Part shown: positions 55,436 through 64,000 of the stretch, one piece after another
Layout of the letters: each line of letters opens with the position of its first letter
Position numbering within the stretch: position 1 is the first letter of the stretch
Source: Patescibacteria group bacterium
Lineage (GTDB): Bacteria; Patescibacteriota; Minisyncoccia; Minisyncoccales; PWPS01
DNA length: 64,000 nt
Direction of reading: 5' to 3'
Assembly: GCA_051745165.1 (NCBI GenBank)
Contig: JBNJDU010000002.1
Span: forward strand, 5,479 to 69,478
Position numbers and translations under genes: made by a program
Notes under the pieces: model-generated
Told to the model about the DNA's origin: nothing
Seen by the model: the letters and a program-made list of their open reading frames with translations, nothing else
Databases searched by the model: none

Positions 55436-56359
55436 TTAAATAACCTCTCCGTCTTCAGTCTGGTCTTCAAGGTTTTTAATTAAATTATTGATTCTGTTCT
55501 TAAAATTATTAATATTTTCAACAGTTTCTTCTCCAGTTTCTCCTGCATTAACAACTTCTTCTAATTGTTGAAATTCAGTTTCTAATTCAGAATAAATATT
55601 TTTAGCTTCATTTATTAAGTCTTCCTCAAGAGTTTCTTCTGCTTCTTCAATTTGATCATCAAGCTCAGAAAGGTCATTACCAGCCTCTCTCAAAAGATTT
55701 TCAACTTCCTTTTGTTGCTCATTTTCTAGAGATTGGTTATTTTCAAGGCCATTTCTTACGATATTTATTTCTCCTTGCGCATCTTGCTGCTCAGAGATAT
55801 ATTTATCCATCCCTTCAGTTGCTTGAAATTTTAAAACCTCTCCCTTTCTGTCTCTTTCAAAATTAACTACTGTCTCTCCACTTGTATTTATTATTTTAAA
55901 ATCATTTTCGTCGCTTAAATTACTAAACTTAAGTTCGTACCACCTACCTTCAAAAAAGGTTAAAGTAGGAGCCTTTTCTTCTTCAATTATTTCTGGATAA
56001 ACACCTAACCACTCGTTCTCCTTTAGTTCTAATTCAATATTAAAAATAGCCCACCAATTCTTTAGTTCTCTTTCCTGGGGTATTTCTGGTGATTTAAATG
56101 GATTCGGGTTTCTAATCTGATCCCAGGGTAAAAGAGGCTCATCGCCTTTCTGAAACTTATTTAAATTTTGAAAAGTATAACTATCTAAAAAAGCAAAGTC
56201 TACTTTAGGTGTGTTTTCTAGGCTTGTATCAACTGCCGCCTTATAATTTCCTTTAGTAAAAAATAATTGCCAAACTATAATCCCAGCTATAGATAAAGTT
56301 ATAAATACAACTACGTAAAAATACCGAGAATCACTATTATTTTTATGGTTATTTGTCAT
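55436..56359 (-). CDS. Pilus-operon membrane-anchored hypothetical protein with acidic coiled-coil C-terminus
   Basis: Single N-terminal TM helix; position between pilO-like and pilB. Confidence 0.4.
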   Translation of the reverse strand: MTNNHKNNSDSRYFYVVVFITLSIAGIIVWQLFFTKGNYKAAVDTSLENTPKVDFAFLDSYTFQNLNKFQKGDEPLLPWDQIRNPNPFKSPEIPQERELKNWWAIFNIELELKENEWLGVYPEIIEEEKAPTLTFFEGRWYELKFSNLSDENDFKIINTSGETVVNFERDRKGEVLKFQATEGMDKYISEQQDAQGEINIVRNGLENNQSLENEQQKEVENLLREAGNDLSELDDQIEEAEETLEEDLINEAKNIYSELETEFQQLEEVVNAGETGEETVENINNFKNRINNLIKNLEDQTEDGEVI

Positions 56360-56360
56360 A

Positions 56361-56885
56361 TTAATAGGAGTATGTTAGTAAAGTTACAGCATAATTAAGT
56401 AGATGCGATTCCTCCTGTCTAGAATTTTCTATATTCAAATTTTTAATACTGATAATCCTAGTAGAACTTTCTAGTTCAGAAATAAAGCTTTTAAAATTAG
56501 GATAGTCTCCTTCTAAATTAAAATTAATTTCTATTTCCTTAATATTTGGTTTATCAGAAAGTTCCGCTACAGAAAAATCTCCTACTCCTTCAATTCTTAC
56601 TCCTGTCTTATAAGAAATTCTTCGTATTTCAGAAAAAAGAGAGGGTACATAATGATCTTCAGGAACTCCGCTATTTATTTTTTTTATTTTATCATTATAA
56701 CCATTATTAAAACTATTAATCATAGTCTTTAGGGATTGATTATAAGCAATCATATTTTCAAGGTCTTGCTCCTTAGCATCAGCTGTTATCATAGACTCCC
56801 TTAAATCTTGATACTCAGGCCAAATGGCAAAAATCATTGTTCCTAAAGAAACAAAGAGGCAAATTGTAGTTATAATAGGTTTCAT
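56361..56885 (-). CDS. PilO-like pilus assembly protein (single TM, periplasmic domain)
   Basis: Size, topology and operon position; weak sequence evidence. Confidence 0.4.
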   Translation of the reverse strand: MKPIITTICLFVSLGTMIFAIWPEYQDLRESMITADAKEQDLENMIAYNQSLKTMINSFNNGYNDKIKKINSGVPEDHYVPSLFSEIRRISYKTGVRIEGVGDFSVAELSDKPNIKEIEINFNLEGDYPNFKSFISELESSTRIISIKNLNIENSRQEESHLLNYAVTLLTYSY

Positions 56886-57694
56886 TATGGTTTAAATATA
56901 TTTTGATCTACTTGAATATTAATATTGAAATTAACTCCTAATTCATTATCAGTTTCTGAAATTTCAGCAAGTTCAACTTCTTTAATCGGTTCAATATTTT
57001 GAATCACGCTTACTTCATACCAATCACCCTTTATTAAGTTTCCTTCTGCTCCTAAGCCGTCAAAATGATAATCATCACTATTAATTTCTTGCAAAATAGT
57101 AGCTTCTCGGCTGTCTTTCTCTTCCAAAGAAGCTCTAGTTTGCTGAGTAACAGGGCTTTGGTATAACTCAACAAAATTATTTTTAAATTTAACTTTATCT
57201 TCATCAATTCTTTCTACAGAATCCATTTTTACCCATCCAGTTATCTCTCTATCTAGCTTAAAGTTTTTTAATATAGTGTATTGCTGTTCCAATGCGGTAA
57301 AATCTAAAATTGACCCACTTAATGTTATTTTGCCTTCCTCAGCATTAAGATCAATTGAATTTAAATGAGCTAGCGGGTGTATTGCATTTTCTAGAAAAAG
57401 AAAAAAATTATCTAGATCTCTCCTATTCCAAAATAAATGAGAATAATCATCTATATTTTTTTTATGATTTGCTATTACTTTTTTATTTTTATTAAATTCT
57501 TCCTTATCTTGTAGTCGTACTAATATTTCTTCTCTATTTTTAATTTGGGATTGCATTTCAGAATTCCATTGAGAAATAAGCAAATAGCCACTTATTGAAA
57601 ATAAGAGTAAAATTATAGAGTAATAAAAAAGTACATTAAAAGAATCGGGTAAATCAAAAGATTTTTTATTTTCTGGTTTTATGTCTATTGCCAT
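56885..57694 (-). CDS. PilN-like pilus assembly protein
   Basis: Single TM after a short cytoplasmic N-terminus; directly follows pilM. Confidence 0.4.
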   Translation of the reverse strand: MAIDIKPENKKSFDLPDSFNVLFYYSIILLLFSISGYLLISQWNSEMQSQIKNREEILVRLQDKEEFNKNKKVIANHKKNIDDYSHLFWNRRDLDNFFLFLENAIHPLAHLNSIDLNAEEGKITLSGSILDFTALEQQYTILKNFKLDREITGWVKMDSVERIDEDKVKFKNNFVELYQSPVTQQTRASLEEKDSREATILQEINSDDYHFDGLGAEGNLIKGDWYEVSVIQNIEPIKEVELAEISETDNELGVNFNINIQVDQNIFKP

Positions 57695-57699
57695 GCTTT

Positions 57700-58737
57700 T
57701 TATTTTTTAGATCTTAATCCTTCCATCGCCATTCCAATAGACACTGAACATAACGGAGAAAGGTCTTTAATTATTGGTTCTAATACAGATGGATAATTTA
57801 ATTTTCCAAATGGATTAGCAACAACTACAGAAAAAGTAGAAGACAATTCCCTCTTTACTTCTTCAAATTTAATTCCTCCACCAGTTACCAATATTTTATT
57901 AATTTCCTCACCCCTCTCTCTTTCATAACTATCACATACATTTTTAATTTTCTTTGACATTTCTTCAGCAAGCGACTTTCTTATTTTTTGCGGTACTCGT
58001 GAAGCTTTGTCTTTTTCATTTTCATTATAATCAACCTCAGGCAATATAGCAATGTCTTTAGTAAAATCCTTACCTGAAATATCTAAGCTGTGACTATGTT
58101 TAGGGATTTTATCCTCTATTATATTTACTGTTGTAGATTGATCCCCGATATCAACAACTACTATAGTTTCATCTTCTTCTCCAAAAACCCTAGCCAATCC
58201 AAAGGTTTCCGCATCTAATGATCCAACTTCTAATCCGGATTTTTTTGCAATTGATCTATAATTTTTAATAATGTCATTTGGAACCGCAAGCAAAAGAACT
58301 TCTACCATCTCTTCCCCTTCTTTTTTTCTTAATTTTGTTAAATTCCAATCTAAAGTAACCTCATTAAGGGGAAGAGGCACTCTTTGTCGTGCTTGAAATT
58401 GAATAGCAGATTCAACCTCTGATTTTTTCATTTTAGGAACTTCAAAGGATGTAAAGAAACTGCTAAAATCCGGTATAGAAAAAACACTTCTTTTAGTTTT
58501 AATATTTGCTTCTTTTAGTATCGTATTAACAGTATCTGAAATAGCACTAAGAGATGAAGAGAATGCGCCTTCACTTTTAGCTCTTAATTTGCGCCCAGTA
58601 ATATCTTCAATTGATGCTATGCCATAATTCTTTAAAGAAATTTCTTCCCCTTCCTTTGAGAGCTCTATTATTTTAATAGAGGTTGCTCCAATATCAATGC
58701 CCAAACATTTTTTAGGATCTTTTGAAAATAAAGGCAT
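57700..58737 (-). CDS. pilM: Type IV pilus assembly protein PilM (actin-like ATPase fold)
   Basis: N-terminal GIDIGATSIKIIEL motif. Confidence 0.8.
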   Translation of the reverse strand: MPLFSKDPKKCLGIDIGATSIKIIELSKEGEEISLKNYGIASIEDITGRKLRAKSEGAFSSSLSAISDTVNTILKEANIKTKRSVFSIPDFSSFFTSFEVPKMKKSEVESAIQFQARQRVPLPLNEVTLDWNLTKLRKKEGEEMVEVLLLAVPNDIIKNYRSIAKKSGLEVGSLDAETFGLARVFGEEDETIVVVDIGDQSTTVNIIEDKIPKHSHSLDISGKDFTKDIAILPEVDYNENEKDKASRVPQKIRKSLAEEMSKKIKNVCDSYERERGEEINKILVTGGGIKFEEVKRELSSTFSVVVANPFGKLNYPSVLEPIIKDLSPLCSVSIGMAMEGLRSKK

Positions 58738-58798
58738 GTAGTAAAATTAACTTCTTATTTTAGTGTAAAGGATATATTTGTTTTGATCAATTTAAATG

Positions 58799-58883
58799 CG
58801 GTGGGGGTGGGATTCGAACCCACGAACCCGTAAGGGTTGGCGGTTTTCAAAACCGCTGCCTTAAGCCACTCGACCACCCCACC
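58799..58883 (-). tRNA. tRNA-Ser (anticodon TGA), long variable arm
   Basis: Hand fold: anticodon loop tTTGAaa, long variable arm, T-loop GGTTCGAATCC. Confidence 0.8.
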
Positions 58884-58932
58884 ATTTTAATTTTGAATTT
58901 TGAATTTTTAATTTCGAATTTTGAATTTTGAA
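58884..58932. repeat. Heptanucleotide tandem repeat (ATTTTGA-like) x ~7, upstream of tRNA-Ser(TGA)
   Basis: Units attttaa/ttttgaa/ttttgaa/ttttta.. read directly; imperfect. Confidence 0.6.
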
Positions 58933-59037
58933 TCGAACACAGCAGTCATTCTGAGCGAAGCGAAGAATCTCTTTATAATAATTCTCAATTATTAATCTTT
59001 AATTATTTTTTATCCTTACCTATTAATATTCTTAATG

Positions 59038-59123
59038 CGGAGAGGGAGGGATTCGAACCCTCGGTACCAATGAAGGTACAACACCTTAGCAGGGTGCCCC
59101 AATCGACCGCTCTGGCACCTCTC
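59038..59123 (-). tRNA. tRNA-Ser (anticodon GCT), long variable arm
   Basis: Hand fold: acceptor GGAGAGG, anticodon loop cTGCTAa, long variable arm, T-loop GGTTCGAATCC. Confidence 0.75.
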
Positions 59124-59212
59124 CCTCTTGAAGTTGAGTATAATAAAAAACAAAAATATTTTCAACTAGAAAAAATAAAGATTTATGATAAAATAAATTA
59201 AAAGCTATAAAA

Positions 59213-59285
59213 GCCCTCGTAGTTTAACTGGATAAAACACAAGCTTGCGGAGCTTGCAATAGAGGTTCGAGTCCTCTCGAGGGCA
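59213..59285 (+). tRNA. tRNA-Arg (anticodon GCG; unusual for a bacterial Arg tRNA)
   Basis: 73-nt cloverleaf: acceptor GCCCTCG/CGAGGGC, D-loop with GG, anticodon stem CAAGC/GCTTG, loop tTGCGGa, T-loop TTCGAGT. Confidence 0.65.
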
Positions 59286-59350
59286 CAACATTTTTTACTA
59301 AAAAGAAGTAAAAATAAATATTTTATGGTTAACAACCAATAGTTATTTGC

Positions 59351-61441
59351 ATGAAATTATCTGATCCTATAGGAAAAGCGCCTAAAATAGGAGCAAAATA
59401 CAAAGCTAAACTTAAAAAAATGGAGATCCGAACTATAGGGGATCTCCTTTTCCATTTTCCTAGTAGATATGAAGACTTTTCTCAGATAACTAAAATTTCA
59501 AATCTCTCCCCAAAAAAACAAGCCACTATTAAGGGAGAAGTAAAAGTTATAAATTCTGGAAAAACATCGAAGAAAAAAATTCCTTATACTGAAGCTTTAC
59601 TTCAAGACGAAAGCGGTCCAATAAAAATTATTTGGTTTTATCAACCTTATTTAGCCAAAACAATAAAAAAAGGAGAAGAGATTTTTATTTCTGGTAAACC
59701 AAAGTATGGTAATGAAGGACTGCAATTTGTTAATCCTTCTTACGAAAAAGTTAAAAAAAATACTATTCATACTGGAGGTTTGGTTGCTATTTATCCAGAA
59801 ACTGAAGGGGTTTCTTCTAGATGGTTGAGATACGTAATAAAATCTCTTTTAGAAGAGTTCTCATCAAAAGTTACAGAAACTCTTCCTAGGCAAATTATAA
59901 AAAAATATAATTTATTACCTATATCGAAGGCACTTAGAAAGATACATTTCCCCTCTTCTTGGGCTCAGGCAAAACAAGCTCAAAAAAGATTTGCATTCGA
60001 AAGACTTTTCTTTATTCAACTTGCTTCTTTAAAAAAGAGGATGAATATAAAAAGAGAGGACTCTACTCCTGTTGAGGTTGATATGGACTATGTTAAAGAT
60101 TTTGTAAGTTCACTGCCTTTCAATCTTACTGACCCACAAAGAAAATCAGCTTGGCAGATATTGCAAGATATACAAAAACCCCATCCGATGAATAGGCTCT
60201 TAGAGGGTGATGTAGGTTCCGGAAAAACAGTAGTAGCTGCAATAGCTACTCTAGCTACAACTAAAGGAAGTTACCAAGTAGCTTTTATGGCCCCAACAGA
60301 AGTGTTAGCAACTCAACACTTTAAAAAAATCTCCACCATGCTAGAAGGTTTTCGCTTGAATATAGGATTCCTAACTGGAAAAAAAGATAAGTTTAAATCT
60401 AAGAAATTAAAAAATCAATTTATTGAAATTTCTAGAGAAAAATTATTGGAAAAAGTAGAAGATGGAGAGATGGATATACTGATTGGAACTCATGCCCTAA
60501 TACAAGACAAGGTAACCTTTGACAGATTAGGACTAGTTATAGTTGATGAGCAACACAGATTTGGAGTGAAACAGCGCGCTAAACTCTGTAAAAAAGATGT
60601 TATTCCTCACCTTCTTTCAATGACTGCCACTCCAATCCCTAGAACTTTAGCCTTAACTCTTTATGGAGATCTAGACATATCAATTATTGATGAACTTCCC
60701 GCTGGTCGTAAAAAAATAAAAACAGAAGTGGTAAATGAGAAGAAAAGAAACGAAGTTTATTCTTTTACTGAAAAAGAGCTAAATAAAGGTAGACAGGTTT
60801 TTGTAATTTGTCCTCGAATAGAAGAATCAGATGAAGATGACAAAACAGCTTGGGCAGAAGTAACCTCGGTTGAAGAAACCACAAAAAAACTTAAAAAAGA
60901 ATTCTCTGAATATACAGTTGAGCCATTACATGGAAATTTATCCTCAACAAAGAAGGCAAAAATAATGGAAAGATTTAAAAATAAAAAGATTGATATTTTA
61001 GTTTCAACCTCGGTTATTGAAGTTGGAGTTGATATTCCCAATGCAACAGTAATGATTATCGAAAGCGCAGAGATGTTTGGATTAGCTCAGCTACATCAAT
61101 TTAGAGGCCGAGTTGGACGAAGTGATTATCAGTCCTATTGCTTTCTCTTTTCAGGGTCAAATTCAGAAAAATCAAGAAAAAGACTTAAAGCTTTAGTTGA
61201 ATCAGAAGATAGTTTTGAATTAGCTGAAAGAGATTTAGAGTTGCGTGGTCCAGGAGATTTAGCTGGTAAAAGGCAGTGGGGAGTGGCAAGCTTTACAATG
61301 GAAGCTCTAAAAAATAGAAAGCTTGTTCAAGAAACAAAAGAAGCAGCAAAAGATATTTTAGAAAGTGATTATAATTTAAGTAATCATAAATTAATAAAAA
61401 AGAAACTAAAATCAGTGGAAAGAAATCTTCATTTTGAATAA
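59351..61441 (+). CDS. recG: ATP-dependent DNA helicase RecG
   Basis: Wedge domain plus SF2 helicase motifs (GDVGSGKT, DEQH), TRG motif region. Confidence 0.9.
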   Translation: MKLSDPIGKAPKIGAKYKAKLKKMEIRTIGDLLFHFPSRYEDFSQITKISNLSPKKQATIKGEVKVINSGKTSKKKIPYTEALLQDESGPIKIIWFYQPYLAKTIKKGEEIFISGKPKYGNEGLQFVNPSYEKVKKNTIHTGGLVAIYPETEGVSSRWLRYVIKSLLEEFSSKVTETLPRQIIKKYNLLPISKALRKIHFPSSWAQAKQAQKRFAFERLFFIQLASLKKRMNIKREDSTPVEVDMDYVKDFVSSLPFNLTDPQRKSAWQILQDIQKPHPMNRLLEGDVGSGKTVVAAIATLATTKGSYQVAFMAPTEVLATQHFKKISTMLEGFRLNIGFLTGKKDKFKSKKLKNQFIEISREKLLEKVEDGEMDILIGTHALIQDKVTFDRLGLVIVDEQHRFGVKQRAKLCKKDVIPHLLSMTATPIPRTLALTLYGDLDISIIDELPAGRKKIKTEVVNEKKRNEVYSFTEKELNKGRQVFVICPRIEESDEDDKTAWAEVTSVEETTKKLKKEFSEYTVEPLHGNLSSTKKAKIMERFKNKKIDILVSTSVIEVGVDIPNATVMIIESAEMFGLAQLHQFRGRVGRSDYQSYCFLFSGSNSEKSRKRLKALVESEDSFELAERDLELRGPGDLAGKRQWGVASFTMEALKNRKLVQETKEAAKDILESDYNLSNHKLIKKKLKSVERNLHFE

Positions 61442-61470
61442 AAAATCCGCCTATTGGCGGTTTTTATTTA
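61441..61470 (+). terminator. Rho-independent terminator after recG (aaaaatccgcc-tatt-ggcggttttt)
   Basis: 6-bp GC stem plus T5. Confidence 0.7.
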
Positions 61471-61523
61471 AAGTTATATTATGTTAAAATTAACTACTTT
61501 ACGAATGCCTTTCCTTAAAATGA

Positions 61524-61657
61524 AAATACCCTCTTTGAAGAAGTCCGCGGAGCTGATTTAGCAAGGTTTTTGGCCTTGCCAAAATAAATCAGCGAGCGAA
61601 CAACCTCCGAATCACCGCTGGTGATTCTTGAGAGGTGTTTCTTCAAAAGAGGGTATT
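61524..61657 (+). repeat. Copy B of the conserved ~135-nt structured element (outer stem ataccctctttgaagaag / cttcaaaagagggtat; inner hairpins ctgatttagcaagg..ccttgc..taaatcag and gaatcaccgctggtgattc); candidate ncRNA or MITE
   Basis: Complete copy. Homologous to A (reverse complement) and C, with compensatory substitutions. It abuts the tRNA-Glu 3' end (10 nt away). Confidence 0.6.
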
Positions 61658-61666
61658 GAATGAATG

Positions 61667-61741
61667 TGACCCCGACGAGATTTGAACTCGTGTTACTAGG
61701 ATGAAAACCTAGCGTCCTGGGCCAAGCTAGACGACGGGGCC
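61667..61741 (-). tRNA. tRNA-Glu (anticodon TTC)
   Basis: Hand fold: acceptor GGCCCCG, anticodon loop tTTTCAt, T-loop GAGTTCAAATCTC. Confidence 0.8.
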
Positions 61742-61818
61742 ATTTATTCAATTTTAATTTATGGTCTAAAACCAAGTTCTGTTGTAGTATAATGAAATAT
61801 TAAAAAAAATCAAGTCCA

Positions 61819-62916
61819 ATGAAAATATTAGCAATTGAAACCTCTTGTGATGATACTTGTGTAGCAATACTCGAAGAAAAAAATAAGGAAAATCGTTTTT
61901 TATCTTCAGTAGTTTCTTCACAAATTGAAATTCATAGAGAATGGGGCGGAGTTTATCCTACCCTAGCAAAAAGAGAGCACCAGAAAAATCTAGTTCCCGT
62001 TTTAGAAAAATCTCTTAAAGAAGCAAATTTATTAAAAAAGGGAAATTCTTATAAAAATATTTCTAAAATTTTAGAAAGAGAAGAAGATTTAGCTAACAAT
62101 CTAAAGGATTTTCTAAAAAAATATAACAAACCGGATATTGATTATTTGGCTGTAACTATAGGTCCTGGATTAGACCCTTCTTTATGGGCAGGTATAAACT
62201 TTGCAAAAGCATTATCTTTTGCATGGGATGTGCCGGTTATACCAATAAATCATATAAAAGCTCACTTTTTTGCCCCTCTAGTTTTAAAAAATGGGAAGCT
62301 TCCTGCAGTTTCTCTACTAGCTAGCGGAGGTCACACTCAATTAATAGTTTCTCAAGACTTAAGTTCACATAAAGTAATTGGCAAAACTAGAGATGACGCA
62401 GCTGGAGAATGTTTTGATAAGACAGCTAGAATTTTAGGATTAGACTATCCTGGAGGACCAGAGATAGCAAAATTAGCTGAAAAAGATACAAATTTAGAGA
62501 TAAGTCTACCAAGACCAATGCTAAAGTCTGATAATTATGATTTTAGCTTCTCGGGTTTAAAAACAGCTGTTTTATATAGGTGGAGAGACGAAAAAGATAA
62601 GTCTGAAGATTTTAAGATAGCAATGGCAAAAGAGATTCAAGAAGCTATTACAGATGTTTTAGTAGAAAAAACATTTAAAGCAGTAGAAGAATTTAAAGTC
62701 AAAACAGTCGTTGTCGGCGGAGGTGTCTCCGCCAACTTAACTCTTAGAAAAAAGATAAAAGAAAAAGGAAAAAACTTAAAAGTTATACTTCCCGATTTGG
62801 ATTTTTCGACAGATAACGCTAAAATGATTGCGGTGACCGCTCTTTATGAAAAAAATAAGTCACAGACATTGGACTGGAAATCGTTAGAATCAAACCCTAA
62901 CCTTAAAATTAACTAA
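61819..62916 (+). CDS. tsaD: tRNA N6-adenosine threonylcarbamoyltransferase TsaD (Kae1/Gcp family)
   Basis: N-terminal ILAIETSCDDTCVAIL and metal-binding His motifs; C-terminal GGGVSAN. Confidence 0.85.
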   Translation: MKILAIETSCDDTCVAILEEKNKENRFLSSVVSSQIEIHREWGGVYPTLAKREHQKNLVPVLEKSLKEANLLKKGNSYKNISKILEREEDLANNLKDFLKKYNKPDIDYLAVTIGPGLDPSLWAGINFAKALSFAWDVPVIPINHIKAHFFAPLVLKNGKLPAVSLLASGGHTQLIVSQDLSSHKVIGKTRDDAAGECFDKTARILGLDYPGGPEIAKLAEKDTNLEISLPRPMLKSDNYDFSFSGLKTAVLYRWRDEKDKSEDFKIAMAKEIQEAITDVLVEKTFKAVEEFKVKTVVVGGGVSANLTLRKKIKEKGKNLKVILPDLDFSTDNAKMIAVTALYEKNKSQTLDWKSLESNPNLKIN

Positions 62917-62939
62917 AAAATTTGCTATACTAGATTATT

Positions 62940-64000
62940 ATGGATATACCAAAAGCATACAAACCAAATAAAAAAGAGGACGGAATTTACAAGCTTTGGG
63001 AGGAAACTGGTTACTTTAACCCAGAAAACCTACCGGATAGACACAGCGAACCTTTTTCTATCCTTATGCCTCCTCCAAACGCCAATGATCCCTTGCATAT
63101 TGGCCACGCACTTTTCATTACTCTTCAAGATATAATGATTCGATACAACCGAATGAATGGTAAAAAGGCTTTGTGGCTTCCCGGTGCTGATCATGCCGGA
63201 TTTGAGACTCAAATTGTTTTTGAAAGAAAATTAGAGGAGAAAGGAAAAACAAGATTAGATATGGAACGTGATGAATTTTACGAAAAAGTGTGGGACTATA
63301 CTCAAGAAAATAGAGACCTGGTTCGGAACCAAATTAAAAAATTAGGAGCTTCTTGTGATTGGAGTAAAGATACTTTCACACTTGACGACAAAGTAGTTAA
63401 CACTACCTACAAAACATTTAAAAAAATGGCCGATGAAGGTCTAATTTATAGAAGAAAGCGATTAGTTAATTACTGCACTCACCATCAAACTGCTTTTTCT
63501 GATTTAGAGGTTGAGCATGAAGAAAGAACTTCTCCACTTTACTATATAAAATATGGTCCTTTTATTCTCGCGACTACCAGACCTGAAACTAAATTTGGAG
63601 ACACAGCGATTGCTGTTCATCCTGATGATAGAAGATATAGAAAGTACGTCGGTAAAGAAATTCAAATAAACACTTTACTTGGAGAAAGAAAAATTAAAGT
63701 AATAGCTGATGAAGCGGTTGATCAAGAGTTTGGTACTGGAGCAGTAAAAGTAACTCCGGCCCACTCTGAAGTTGATTATGAAATATGGCAAAGACACAAA
63801 GATGAAATGCCTGAACCTATAGAAGTTATTAATAAAGAAGGAAAAATGACTTCTGCTGCCGGACCGTACGAAGGAATGCCAGTTAAAAAAGCTAGAAAAA
63901 AAGTTGCTGAAGATATGAGAGAGCAAGGAACACTGCAAAGAATTGATGAAGAATACGAACATAATATGTCTGTTTGTTATAAATGCGGAAAAGAAATAGA
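62940..64000 (+). CDS. valS: Valyl-tRNA synthetase, N-terminal ~353 aa (partial; continues beyond the window end)
   Basis: Hand translation MDIPKAYKPNKKEDGIYKLWEETGYF...PPPNANDPLHIGHALFITLQDIMIRYNRMNGKKALWLPGADHAGFETQ shows the HIGH motif and ValRS-specific context. Not in the ORF track because no stop lies in the window. Confidence 0.85.
   Translation, partial: MDIPKAYKPNKKEDGIYKLWEETGYFNPENLPDRHSEPFSILMPPPNANDPLHIGHALFITLQDIMIRYNRMNGKKALWLPGADHAGFETQIVFERKLEEKGKTRLDMERDEFYEKVWDYTQENRDLVRNQIKKLGASCDWSKDTFTLDDKVVNTTYKTFKKMADEGLIYRRKRLVNYCTHHQTAFSDLEVEHEERTSPLYYIKYGPFILATTRPETKFGDTAIAVHPDDRRYRKYVGKEIQINTLLGERKIKVIADEAVDQEFGTGAVKVTPAHSEVDYEIWQRHKDEMPEPIEVINKEGKMTSAAGPYEGMPVKKARKKVAEDMREQGTLQRIDEEYEHNMSVCYKCGKEI

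Noticed and set aside
58884-58932. Possible CRISPR array at the heptamer repeats
   Set aside because: The units are 7 bp, with no spacers and no cas genes. It is a simple microsatellite-like tract, not a CRISPR.
43495-61775. ORFs 43495..43812, 44894..45097, 50828..51163, 51469..51720, 54669..54938, 60757..61041 and 61515..61775
   Set aside because: They overlap rpoB, the SEDS gene, pilA, pilC, pilB, recG and tRNA-Glu/element B respectively. 61515..61775 spans a tRNA and the structured repeat and is not coding.
63030-63962. ORFs 63030..63212(-) and 63675..63962(-)
   Set aside because: They lie antisense within the clearly identifiable valS N-terminal coding region.

Overview
This is an AT-rich (~33% GC) bacterial chromosomal window with intact long ORFs under the standard genetic code. 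The dense housekeeping content and the gene repertoire point to a reduced-genome, CPR/Patescibacteria-like organism; this is inferred from gene content only. Housekeeping genes present: rpoD-dnaG, groES-groEL, secG, rnj, trpS, rpsF-ssb-rpsR, recA, ftsK, rpoC-rpoB, SEDS (FtsW/RodA), ligA, recG, tsaD and the 5' part of valS. There is a complete type IV pilus operon (pilM-N-O-x-pilB-pilT-pilC-2x pilin-pilD-3x pseudopilin), seven tRNAs, a cell-envelope glycopolymer cluster (GT4-DUF218-GT28-TagF-B12 radical SAM) and an ArsR-controlled thiol/ArsP-like operon. The first ~9 kb looks like an integrated accessory element ending at tRNA-Asn. It carries a large serine recombinase and a membrane protein that combines a thrombospondin type-1-like repeat with two phage Ltp (superinfection-exclusion) repeats. 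The most unusual signal is a ~135-nt repeated element present three times in intergenic regions (near 29.8 kb, 31.1 kb and 61.5 kb). The three copies have diverged in sequence but keep the same multi-stem secondary structure through compensatory base changes. I interpret this as a structured ncRNA or MITE-like family that I do not recognise as any known RNA class.
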